Assembly: GCA_010909165.1 (NCBI GenBank)
Contig: VJWM01000325.1
Coordinates: 5,318-69,317, forward strand
Reading direction: 5' to 3'
Source: Anthoceros angustus
Taxonomy: Eukaryota; Plantae; Anthocerotophyta
Length of the DNA stretch: 64,000 nt
The notes beneath the pieces were generated by a model. The model was not told the DNA's origin. It did not search any database and saw only the letters and a program-made list of their open reading frames with translations. A program made the position numbers and the translations under genes. Shown here in pieces: positions 11,637-22,070 of the stretch. Positions within the stretch are counted from its first letter, which is position 1, and each line of letters opens with the position of its first letter.

Positions 11637-12944
11637 ATGTCTGGTGAGAAGGGAGGATTTTCGAGAAAGAGGGTGGCGACTCGGCAGCTGAGAAGAGACG
11701 ATTCCTCCGAGGGTTCGGATGTGGATGATGAGCCAACGTGGACTACCTTTCGGAGGGCAAGCGATGAAGTGTTAGCCACCCGGAGGATTATCAAACTTTG
11801 TCGTAAGGGGACAGCTTCTCCAGGGGCGAATCCCTTCCGCGCTTCATGCTTGGTGGCACCTGTCGCCTCCCAGGAGGCGGAGATTCTGCCTTTGAGCTCC
11901 GACTGGAAGGATGGAGCAGAAGGATTGAGCAGTCAGGAGGCCCGGATTTTGGCTAACAGCTCGTCTGAGATCTCAGATGCCAAGAGTCGGCCTCGGGTGG
12001 TTGCTGAAGCCGAGAGCACTTCTGGGAGTGTGGACCCGGTTGCAGCAGCACTCAAAGGCAACAAATCAGACAGTGTAGGGAACGGGCAGGATGTGTCCAA
12101 GCCAGAGAGTGCCATTTCGGAAGGTTCAGTGGATGGGATTCAGGGTGAGACAAAACGATCACCGGTTGTGAAGGAGAGCAAGGAAGATGAGGACACTCAG
12201 CCCCCTCCTCCTCGTCGCGTTGCTTCTGGTCACAGTGCATCTGGCGCCGGCGGGGCCTGTGATTTCATCACGCCCAACACTCCTCTTTGCGGGTTTGCGT
12301 CCTTCAGCTCCTCTGTTCGGCCAGCGTTTTCTTCGACGAACAATATGTTTGGGATATTGGGTGCAGGAGCTCTGGTGGGCTCTGACACGCACTCTTTTGA
12401 ACCTGTGTTTGGAAGACTCCGGCAGTCCAGCTTCGGGTCTGCTACTGGATTGTCATCCTCTGCACGAACTGACACCACTGGCCCAAGCATTGTCCCTCTT
12501 CAGGTAGTACATGTAGAAACAGGGGAAGAGAAAGAGGCAACCGTCTTCACAGCCGATGCAACGTTGTTCGAGTATATCAACAACGCGTGGAAGGAACGGG
12601 GCAGAGGGGAAGTCAAGTTGAATGTCTCCCAAGAAAAAGCCTGTAAGCCAAGACTTGTCATGCGCTCCAAGGGAAATCTGCGTCTACTGCTCAATGCAAA
12701 CCTATTTCCGGACATGAAGGTGTCCAAAATGGACAACCGGGGCGTCAGCTTTGCATGTGCCAACAGTGCAGCTGAAAGCAAAACAGGACTTGCCATGTAT
12801 GGATTGAGGCTTAAAGATGCTTCGGTGGCCGTGGAGTTTTTGGCTGTCGTTGATTCTCATAAGGGAGACTGCCCTGTGGAGAACACGGATTCTGATATTC
12901 CTCAAGAAAGTAGACACGAAACAGCGGGAACCGCGGCAGAGTGA
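11637..12944 (+). CDS. NUP50: Nucleoporin NUP50-like with C-terminal RanBP1 domain
   Basis: N-terminal KRVATRQLRRD...FRRASDEVLATRRIIK motif; Ser/Phe-Gly rich middle; VETGEEKE...LFEYINNAWKERGRGEVKLN...RLVMRSKGNLRLLLNA RanBD. Confidence 0.9.
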   Translation: MSGEKGGFSRKRVATRQLRRDDSSEGSDVDDEPTWTTFRRASDEVLATRRIIKLCRKGTASPGANPFRASCLVAPVASQEAEILPLSSDWKDGAEGLSSQEARILANSSSEISDAKSRPRVVAEAESTSGSVDPVAAALKGNKSDSVGNGQDVSKPESAISEGSVDGIQGETKRSPVVKESKEDEDTQPPPPRRVASGHSASGAGGACDFITPNTPLCGFASFSSSVRPAFSSTNNMFGILGAGALVGSDTHSFEPVFGRLRQSSFGSATGLSSSARTDTTGPSIVPLQVVHVETGEEKEATVFTADATLFEYINNAWKERGRGEVKLNVSQEKACKPRLVMRSKGNLRLLLNANLFPDMKVSKMDNRGVSFACANSAAESKTGLAMYGLRLKDASVAVEFLAVVDSHKGDCPVENTDSDIPQESRHETAGTAAE

Positions 12945-13314
12945 ATGCCAGTGCTTGGAAAATTGCACGCACTATGGAGTACTTATTCCAGTTCACCGAA
13001 CCTTTTTGCCTATGAATAGCTCAGGAATCACTTGCTTTAGCTGTTTTGAGAGGTTGATGTAAACATACTCTGTTTGTTATGTGAAGTGTAAGATCAACGG
13101 AGTATGTATACAACATGTGCTCGTCCACACTGGAATGCACGTTCATGAAGGAAAAGGTGAAAACACAAACGAAAAGAGGAGTTATCTCTTCATGACACCT
13201 ACCAAATTGTGTTCGACGTTTTATACCTGCTCACCAAAACCAGTGGCAGCCACCATCCGATACGCAGACAAGAGACACAAGCTCACTGAAAACATTTGAT
13301 CGAGGGACGCTTCC

Positions 13315-14170
13315 TCACGGTGCTGACTGGGGCTTCTTGAAGTCTATCTTGTCTACCTTCACCTCCCCATCAACCAGCTCATACACGTATACTACAACTC
13401 GCATACCGTCGATGTCCATCAACACAAAGCTAGGGTTGACGTCATATGTGATGCTGCTGTAGGCACCTGTTGCAGAGCCAGGGTTGATGATGACGCCTCC
13501 TTCATGTTTGTATGCTTTAAATTGGTGAGTGTGTCCAGTGATAAGGATGTCGACGTCCAGCTGTCGCTGAAGCATCGCCAGAGAATCTAGATCCCCCCAA
13601 GGAACAACCTAACACAATTCCCCCATAACAAATCATACAAACAAATCAACGACTACAACTTACATATCTTTGTGAAACTCAAGAATCGCCTCACCAATTG
13701 AGGGCTTGAAAACAAAAGTACCTGATGGCCATGGCAAATTCCAAGCTTGAAAGCACCAATCGACAAGAGCTTAGTCTCAGGATAGCGAGTATCATCATCA
13801 TACTCTCCCCGAGTGACATGCACGTCTGCACACAGGCTTTTCAGGTAGTCATGCACCTCCTGCCAACGAAAATGGAATCAATGACTTGCTTGAGAACCAC
13901 GCAAGTTCAAACCCTTAACTTGCAAGAAGAGAACTCATCTCCAGCTAAGCGAGAGACAAACATATCCAAGGAAACTCCAGCTCACATGCCGCTATGCCAT
14001 GGACTTGCACGAGCCCCGCAATGGGAGAAGAGACAAACCTTGATGCACAAATTTCCAGGGCTGAGTATGTGCTGAATTTTCCCAGGAACCAGCATAGACT
14101 TAAACTTTGCAGGCAGATCCGCTGCCCTATGTGGTATGTGCATATCGCCCATGGCTAAAACGAGCACCAT
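13315..14170 (-). CDS. VPS29: Retromer subunit VPS29 (3 coding exons)
   Basis: [36 protein letters not shown]; HVTRGEYD; GICHGHQ; [14 protein letters not shown]...INPGSATGA. Confidence 0.97.
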
Positions 14171-14672
14171 GGCTGATGGTAAACAATGTGCTGCTGTTGT
14201 TTGGGTGGCCTCCCGAAACTCTCATGCTCCAAGAGGTGTCAGAACTCGCACCAGCATCAGCTGAACAGAAGCTACAAAAAAACAGCAAGCAACGACGGCA
14301 TCAGCTGAAGAAGTCTTCTCAATACTCATCTCCACCACCATGACACAATCAAACCCACCGCCACCATGTAAAAAAAAAGAACCGCGTCTCCAGCAAGCGA
14401 GGGTTTGCATGATCCGATTTTACCTGCATGGATTCAACGACTTCCGATCCCGATCTGGCTGCTACCCCTCTTGTAAAGAATTCCCGATCAGCGCCGCGGA
14501 CATCGCCAAACCTGGGCTACGCCACATCTCTGAGAAAGGAAAGCAGGCGACGAAAACGCGTTCGGGCAAATTAAAGAACAGTTCTTACTCAGACTTCGAG
14601 GAGAACGGAGAAGAACGAAATCTCCACAGTTGATGCAAAGGGCCAAGACGCTGTAAGCAACTTCCTTGATCG

Positions 14673-15536
14673 ATGGGTGACAAAGAGATGGACGCCGCCT
14701 TGATCGAATTCCTGTCTCAGCTGGGGGAGTACACTCCAACGGTGCTCACTTCTGTTGTTCCTGCGTTGTGTCTTTTTCTTCAAGTTAACGCTGTTTTTGC
14801 CAGGGAGCTGTCTCGTCTCATCGGTTCTCTCTTCTGTCGGCTTGGGTTTCGATTTCCAGATCCCTGACGAGCTGGCCGAGCACTATCTGGCCAGGAGCGG
14901 CTTCAACTGTCCCGACATCCGAGTGTATGTTTTGAATTTTCTGGCTCAGAACTGTTGCGTTGTTGAACGGGGAGGACGGGCTAGGGTTTGTGGAGCTGGT
15001 TGAGACTGACTGAGCTGCTGACTGGTGTTGCAGAACAAGATTGGTGTCTGTTGCAGCACAGAAATTCATCGGGGAGGTAGCGAGTGATGCCATGCAGTAA
15101 GGGAGTCTTGATGAGGTGGTGAATTGTGATTCTGCAGCTCTGGAAGTAGGTATCATCTGCTGACACTTTGTATCCAGGTATTGTAAAATCAGGCAATCAG
15201 GTCCAGGCAAAGACAAGAAAGCTCAACCTGGCAAGGTGGGCATGCCCAAATGCAGTTTCTGGTGATGTTGCTTCGCTCTACGTTTCCTTCTAAAACGTGT
15301 TCCGTCTGTGGACTGTGTGAGCAGGAAAAACGACTTGTCCTAACATCCGAGGATCTTGCAGCAGCCTTGGCAGAGGTAGGCCCTGAACATAGCTTATTTC
15401 CTTCGTGTGGGCTGGGCATTGGCTTATGAGTTTGGTTGTGAAACAGTATGGAGTCAACTTGAAAAGGAGAGACGCTTTCGCAGACGCACCAGTTACAGCA
15501 CCAGGAACATCTACCAAGGAAAAGTTTGCGGAGTAG
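14673..15536 (+). CDS. TAF10: TFIID subunit 10 (about 6 exons)
   Basis: DAALIEFLSQLGEYTPT | IPDELAEHYLARSGFNCPDIR | TRLVSVAAQKFIGEVASDAMQ | YCKIRQ | KRLVLTSEDLAAALAE | YGVNLKR...*. Confidence 0.93.
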
Positions 15537-15561
15537 ATGGCTTCCATGGATGAGAGAAAGA

Positions 15562-17114
15562 TTACAGTGAGAAAGGGGGCACCACAAGGTTCTCCTTGTT
15601 TTTGTAGTATTCCTCTCCTCCATGTGTAGTGACAGGAGCAGGATACTTTTGAAGCAAAATTTCTCGCTGCTCTGGGTCTGTCACGGACAGTAAGTCCTTG
15701 CTAACTTCTCGGATCAGGTCAGCCATCTCCACACTATCCGTCCACCTCTTGGGAATAGCAGCTTCTCCGTACAAAGCTCCCATGATGTTTCCGACGATAG
15801 CTCCTGTACTGTCAGAATCGCCACCGTGGTTTACAGAGTAACATATTGCATTCTCAACATCTTCCCCGCAGATGAGGGCACAATAAAGGGCTATTCCTAG
15901 AGCTTCTTCACCCACGAAACCTCGTCCCAGTTTCTCGATGTGCCTCAAGGCAAGCTCCTGCTTACTAGAGCAAGCGGCGATGTCTTTGCTGAAGAGTGCT
16001 GCAAGCTTTTGTGCCTCCTGCACTTGGAACATCGTTTCGTTATTGTCTGGCTCCTTCTCTAACAATGGTGTGGTTTTCTCTATGGCACATTGAAGGGAAT
16101 CACCTGAATGTGACACGCCTTAAGTATCAGTAACTGACACGCCTGTTATCTTGCTACCACACAAGACCAGCAGAATGAACGGCTTTCAAGATCTACCTGA
16201 CAAAATCCTGCTCAGCAAAGATGCTTGGTAGCCGGATGAAAGCCAACCAGATGGATGCGTGTGGGTGATCACAGCGGACACGCAGCCTAGCTTGAAAGCG
16301 AGCTCAGCTTGCTCATCAGGAGACAGGAAGGCGAATGCACTTTGCACGATAAGCGCGCAGGGAGCAACTCGCATGATTCCACCACAGCCTGTGAGTGCGC
16401 ACTAAAGTTACTTAAGAGAACGTCTTGAGCCAGACGGAAAACGCCCAGGTGCACTGGAAGTGCCTACCTTTGCTGTCATTTATCTTGTTGTCGTAGTTGC
16501 CCACGCCTCCAGATCTAAGACTCATCCGGCATGTCATCCCCGGGCCTCGTCGTCGACACAGTCCTTGCTGCTTAACTAGCATCCCTTGGCCCTTGATCTG
16601 AGTGAAGAGAGGACTTCGAGATGATTCACCTTGAGTGGCCAGCCATCTGCACAACCCTCCGGAGTCAGAACCAGGATCAAGTGTCCCACACCAGAGCTAG
16701 AATCCCAAAGGCGGGAGGACCATCAGGAGCCACCTTAAGTAGGCTTGGTGCAGACCTGGCACAGCATTTTCTGCTTCCATGGTTCTCAGGTCCACGTTCC
16801 TTGAAAGGAAAGATAGGACAGTCGACTGAAGCCCTTCAGCAGTGAACAAGGTCATCTGGGTGTCGTCTGTGAAACCTCCTTTGACACCGATGTCCCTGAC
16901 TCCTGCAGGCAGCCCAAATCCATCGGCCCGACACCTGAAGTTCAGGATCGCAGCATTGCACCGATGGGAGCGGGATCAACTCACCTAACGGACCGTAGTC
17001 ACGAAAAATGACTGGGGCGGGCAAGAACTCCACCGCAGCTCCCAGGGCATCACCACAAGCCCCCCCCAACAAGCAGCCCACAAACCGGTCCCCCATCGAA
17101 AGATTGGGCGCCAT
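15562..17114 (-). CDS. ADP-ribosylglycohydrolase (DraG/ARH family), bacterial-like sequence, about 5 exons
   Basis: [18 protein letters not shown] | [15 protein letters not shown]...HQAYLR | WLATQG...INDSK | [10 protein letters not shown]...ITHTHPSG | [17 protein letters not shown]...[30 protein letters not shown]. Metal-binding TDD and DSDS motifs intact; GT-AG introns. Confidence 0.92.
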
Positions 17115-17454
17115 GGTTTGCAAGCGCGGCTCCGATGTTGATGAATCTGCCCTCTGAGCGAGGCTCGTTACTTGATTCTCCAGGGCCTTTGCTTGGGGAC
17201 TACGCGTCGTGGTCGCTACTCTGACGAGTTCCCACAGAACGCCAGTCCCAAGGCCGTGAAGTAAATGTCGATGCTCCAACCGCAGATATGGCCACGAACT
17301 GGAGACCAGCACCGGCTTTACAAGAGTACAGGATATTGACCTTCGTCCGAAATCTTAAGACGTGCTTTATTGTCCTTTCCGGTGGTGGACCGAAGTCACA
17401 CAGATTTGCAGGGGTCGATACAGCATCGTCCAACAAAGGACTGTGGGAAGCAAA

Positions 17455-18830
17455 TCAAGCTTGCTTGAGAGGGATAGCTGCCTTCAAAAGCTCACTCAAC
17501 TCGTTTTCCAGAAGTGACAGAAGTTCGGCCCTGGTGCGCCTGTAAACCCAAGCCTCGTCAGATTCGTTCCAATCGAACCGAGCCGGGCCACTGCATCATA
17601 GAACGGGGATGGTAATCACTATGGAGACGTTTTCTGATTCACAGACTGCTGTGTGTACAAGTTGTCCAAGAACTATCATGTGGGCCGATATAATCGGTTT
17701 TCTCCAGATTGGGAGCAGCAGCACTGTACAGCACAAGCTTTACCTTACAGGAGATGACAGCCAGATTTGCCTGTTTGGTGTTTGCTTGTTGATGACATAT
17801 GTTCCCAAGCTTCCAAGCCGGAGGGTCAGTACTCCGTCCTGCAGCGCTCAGAGGAGCCTGTAGATCAGAATACCAGCGCAGAAAGCAAAGGGCACGGCCA
17901 TGCCATGCCAGGCCAACAGTCTGAAGAAGTTCAAGCTGCGGAATCGGGCCCGGACTTACAGAGTAGTCTGTGTCAAAGCCATCAATTGAAAGCTTGTCAC
18001 CTTGCTCCTGAAAGACAGCCAGTGTCATAGCTCAATGAACACATGCCAAATTCACTAACAAGCTTAACAGGTTACGCGGATGGAGTGCTGCTTTACTCTT
18101 GCCATCTCAGAAACGTAATGTGAAAGACAGACAAGTACCTCAAACTGCTCTTGAAGATGATTCAGAACTTCGTCAGCAAGCTTGTGAAACTCCCTCTCCG
18201 ATACTAGAGAGCTGCAACTACCAAATTGGCCATCTCAGATACATGTCCAGGCAAAGCATAGCCAGAGCATTCATCCGACTGAAGAGCAACCTGAACTTCC
18301 AAATTCTACTCCTCCAGCCAGTCCGAGCTACCACATGACCATCTCATCTCAACCATGTCAGCACTATGTACACCAGGGGGCCATATGCAGCATAGCCAGC
18401 TGGCTGAAACAATGCAAGGACTTGCTGTAGGTCCAATTGCATTCAAAGCTAGGTCATGCCATTCTCCGCTTTGCCAAGAGTGGACCGCCACTCAGCCACC
18501 TTCAGAGGCAGCAGGAGATGATGGAAATAGAGCTTGCCTGTAGTCCACAGCCACAGGACCTTCACCCTGATCCCCGACATCGGACGGTGGGGATGAACCG
18601 TAGGCTCTGTACCCCTTCTCCCCAGCCCCAGCCACCGACAGCTCACAGTGCCCGAAGGAGCTTCCCACACGATTCAGACCCCCCGAGGCAACGGCGACGG
18701 AGCCCAATTGGCGGACACAAGTAGGAGCCAGCTGAGCATGTCTCCAACAATGCTGAGTGGACGCCGAGCCACGGAAATTCCTTTCCGCAGCAACCCGCGC
18801 AACTGGGAGAGCCTTCAAGAGCCTCCTCAT
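17455..18830 (-). CDS. FH: Mitochondrial frataxin (5 exons)
   Basis: Presequence [15 protein letters not shown]...VDYR | [24 protein letters not shown] | [16 protein letters not shown] | [32 protein letters not shown] | [19 protein letters not shown]...KQA*. Confidence 0.95.
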
Positions 18831-19271
18831 CTTCAGCACTGTGCTGCGGATCCAGCCCTGATTCCGTCCATCAAGTCAGCCCGATGCGCCCATGCCACCG
18901 CACCTGGAAGGGGCACTGCTACAGTTCATGCTTCCCCTTCATGGGCCCTAATGAGTCCTTCCAGCTCGAGAGCACACACTCTAAAACACCATGAATTTTT
19001 CAATACCGAACCTAGAGAAATCCATCTTCTTCTTTTCTTTTCCTCTCTTTGTTCAAGCTCACGTCACGCAAGGGTAATGAGAAGGTAGCTCCATCAAAGC
19101 CACTCAAAAGGCAGCTTCATCAAACCCACTTCGTAAGGTAGTTCCATCAATGCCACTTCACCATTGTTTCCGTCTCGCTCAGAAATAACAACATGAACAC
19201 AGCAAACGAACTCGGTCTCTTGGCTGCCCAATATATCACTATACGCAAACAAACAACACAAGACTTGACAT

Positions 19272-20514
19272 TACAAGGGTATAAGATACTCTTACAATTA
19301 TATATCTCCAATAAAGCTTAAAGCAAATGCACTAAGATTACTTCTAGAGATTTTGTTTCTATTGTATTGGGCAAGTTGTATTTATAATAAAACTCAGTCT
19401 AGAAGGAAATAAAGGATAAATAGGCTAAGGACACTAGTTTTCAGTTATCAAGATCTAGGTATTTAGTCATTGTTTTTATTTCATGCAGAATATTTTAAAT
19501 AGCTATAATCTCGATAAAATCCTACATCTTTTGGTTCACTTAACCGTGCGCAGATGTGATGCTACGGCTCGCTGTCTTGGACCTAGGTTGTGCGGATGGC
19601 GGCTCCGAAATAGGCGTGGTATCGTGGAAGGAGCTTCCGTGGGTGATGTTGCAGCTGTCTTGAACCCATGTTGTGCGAATGGCAGCTCCGAAATGGGTGC
19701 GGTATTGTGGGAGGAGCTTCCTAGTCACATATTGGGTAAAGAGCTCCGGAATGGGCGTGGTATCGTGGGAGGCGCTTCCTGGTCACGTATTGGATAAAAT
19801 GCTGTCGAATGGCCATGGTATCGTGGGAGGAGCTTCCTGGTCACGTATTGGGTAAAGTGTTGTTGAGTGGGCGTGGTATTGTGGGAGGAGCTTCCCGGTC
19901 ACGTTTTGGGTGAAGTGTTGTCGAAGCTCCTGGTCAGATATTGAGTAAAGTGCTGACGTTTATGCCGTAAAGAGCTCCGAAATGGGCGTGGTATTATGGG
20001 AGGAGCTTCTTGGTCACGTATTGGGTAAAGTGCTGTCGAATGGGCGTGGTATCGTGGGAGGAGCTTTCTGGTCACATATTGGGTGAAGGGTTGTTGAAGC
20101 TCTTGGTCACGTATTGGGTGAAGGGTTGTTGAAGCTCTTGGTCACGTATTGGGTGAAGTGTTGTTGAAGCTCTTGGTCATGTATTGGGTGAAGAGTTGTT
20201 GAAGCTCTTGGTCACGTATTGGGTAAAGTGTTGTCCTTTATGCCGCTAGCAATTGCGTTGGGCAAAGTGTTGTCGTTTATGCTGAAGGATCGTGTGGCAG
20301 CCCATGATGGTGGAAAGAGGAGAGGAGAGGAGGAGGCAAGAGTAGCTCTCTAACATTGAGATGTGGCTCCCTAGGAAGCTCCACAAGAAGCCCCTAGGAA
20401 GGAGCACAAGAAGCTTCCTAGTGATTAGCTTCAGCTAAACTAATGATACTTAACTGACACCTAACTTAGACTAAGTGTATTAGTCTAAGTACATTGAGCT
20501 TTAATACCCTTACA
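19272..20514 (-). mobile_element. LTR-like segment (probably a copia 3' LTR)
   Basis: Imperfect inverted ends (TACAAGGGTAT ... ATACCCTTACA, 9/11). On the minus strand TGTAAGGG is preceded by PPT-like AAGTGGGAGGT. No matching TSD seen. Confidence 0.5.
19600..20240. repeat. Minisatellite: ~58-bp units grading into 35-bp units
   Basis: aatgggcgtggtatcgtgggaggagcttcctggtcacgtattgggtaaagtgctgtcg in several copies, then aagctcttggtcacgtattgggtgaagggttgttg x4. Confidence 0.9.
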
Positions 20515-21139
20515 ACCTCCCACTTAAAGGCCAATTTACCGTAGAAGAATGGGCTACCTCATGCCCATCGATGTCCCAGAAACTTGTGCAAATTGGTCGG
20601 TAGACAATCCCTTGGTAAGAAACACGATAATATTCATCGTCGAATAAGCGAGGCGGCTTTTCAATGAATAAAGCGGTAAGGCGGGAACATGGGAGCAAAC
20701 GCTGATCACGCCATTTTCCACAAAAATGCTTCAAAATTACGGTTGCTTTGTGTGCGAGAAGCCGGGATAATGTCATGACATAGGCTGGAAAAGGATATAC
20801 AACCTCGATGGGCACACATTTGCCTTGAAATAATGCCCATACATGACATTACATTGGTGGCGTGAAGAGGGCACGAGAGAGGCCTCTTGCTATTCATTCG
20901 ATCGTAAAGGGTATATGATTTTGGAAAAACCGTTTTAATGAGGGAGTAATAACTATTGGAGATGACAATGAAAATTCAACATGCAGTGCAAGTCCTGTTT
21001 CCATCTTCCAATCAAGACATGCAATTGCGTTTCCATGCCTTTGGTGTGTGTTTTGTACTGTCGAGTCTCACACTTCATGGATGGGTGCTATCAAAGAAAA
21101 ACAATCGGCAAGGGAACAAAAGTCTCCAAGAGTGAGGAG

Positions 21140-21900
21140 ATTGACTTACCTTAGAGAGAACTTTTGGACGCATGGACTCGAGAAATTCCGCCTTGACAAA
21201 CATCGAAACATATGGATATTGAATGCGGGAGGTATTGTCAATGGGCGCGGCATGCAGCGCCTCCATATATATCTTCTGACGGTAGAAACAAGTGACTTAC
21301 CTTGGGAGAACTCGTGGGCGCATGGTCCCGCGAAATGCCGTCCCTTCTGACAAACGTTGTAACATATGCGGAGTGAGCGTGTGGGCGGTGTAAGCATGCA
21401 GCGCCTCCACTATCTATATTTTCTACAACGGTACAAACAAGTGACTTACCTTGGAAAGAACCAAGGGACACATGGACCCGCGAAATTACGTCCCATCTGA
21501 CAAACGTTGAAACATATGAGGAGCGAACTGTGCGGGCTAGGGTATTGTCAGTGGAGGCCCCGGCATGCCGTGCCTCCACTATCTATATTTTCTACAACGG
21601 TAGAAACAAGTGACTTACCTTGCACAGAACTCGTGGGCATGGCCCCGAAATGCCATCCCTTCCGTTTTAAACACATGAGGAGTGAATGCAAGCTAGGGTA
21701 TTGTCGGTGGGCGCCGGCATGCCGGCGCCTCCACTATCTATATTTTCTACAACGGTAGAAACAAGTGACTAACCTTGGGCGAACTAGGGAACACATGGAC
21801 CCATGCCATCCCATGTGACAAATGTTCAAACATATTAGGAGTGAATGCAAGCTAGGTATTGTCAATGATGGCGCCAGATGCCTCCACGGTATTTTGGAAG
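21140..21900. repeat. Tandem array of ~5 units of 150-170 bp, each with a copy or remnant of the GGCGCCGGCATGCCGGCGCC palindrome
   Basis: Anchor agtgact(t/a)acc at 21291, 21440, 21609, 21764, with a partial anchor at ~21142. Perfect palindrome at 21710-21729. Confidence 0.88.
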
Positions 21901-22070
21901 ACAAGCGGTAGACCACGTAAAAGCATGGACCCGGTAAACGCCTTCATTACATAGCGACGTAAAAACGTGCGACCAGTGTTCAGCCAACCTATCTAGTAAC
22001 TGTCGGCCGAGTATGAAACTCGGAAGCCAACATACGCTCACTCTATCGTGAAAACAAAACCCTAAAATCT

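Noticed and set aside
19600-20240. CRISPR-like 35-bp repeats
   Set aside because: Head-to-tail repeats without unique spacers; a minisatellite.
21140-21900. CRISPR-like array (regular conserved blocks with variable intervals)
   Set aside because: The intervals are homologous to each other, units are 150-170 bp, there are no cas genes and the context is eukaryotic.
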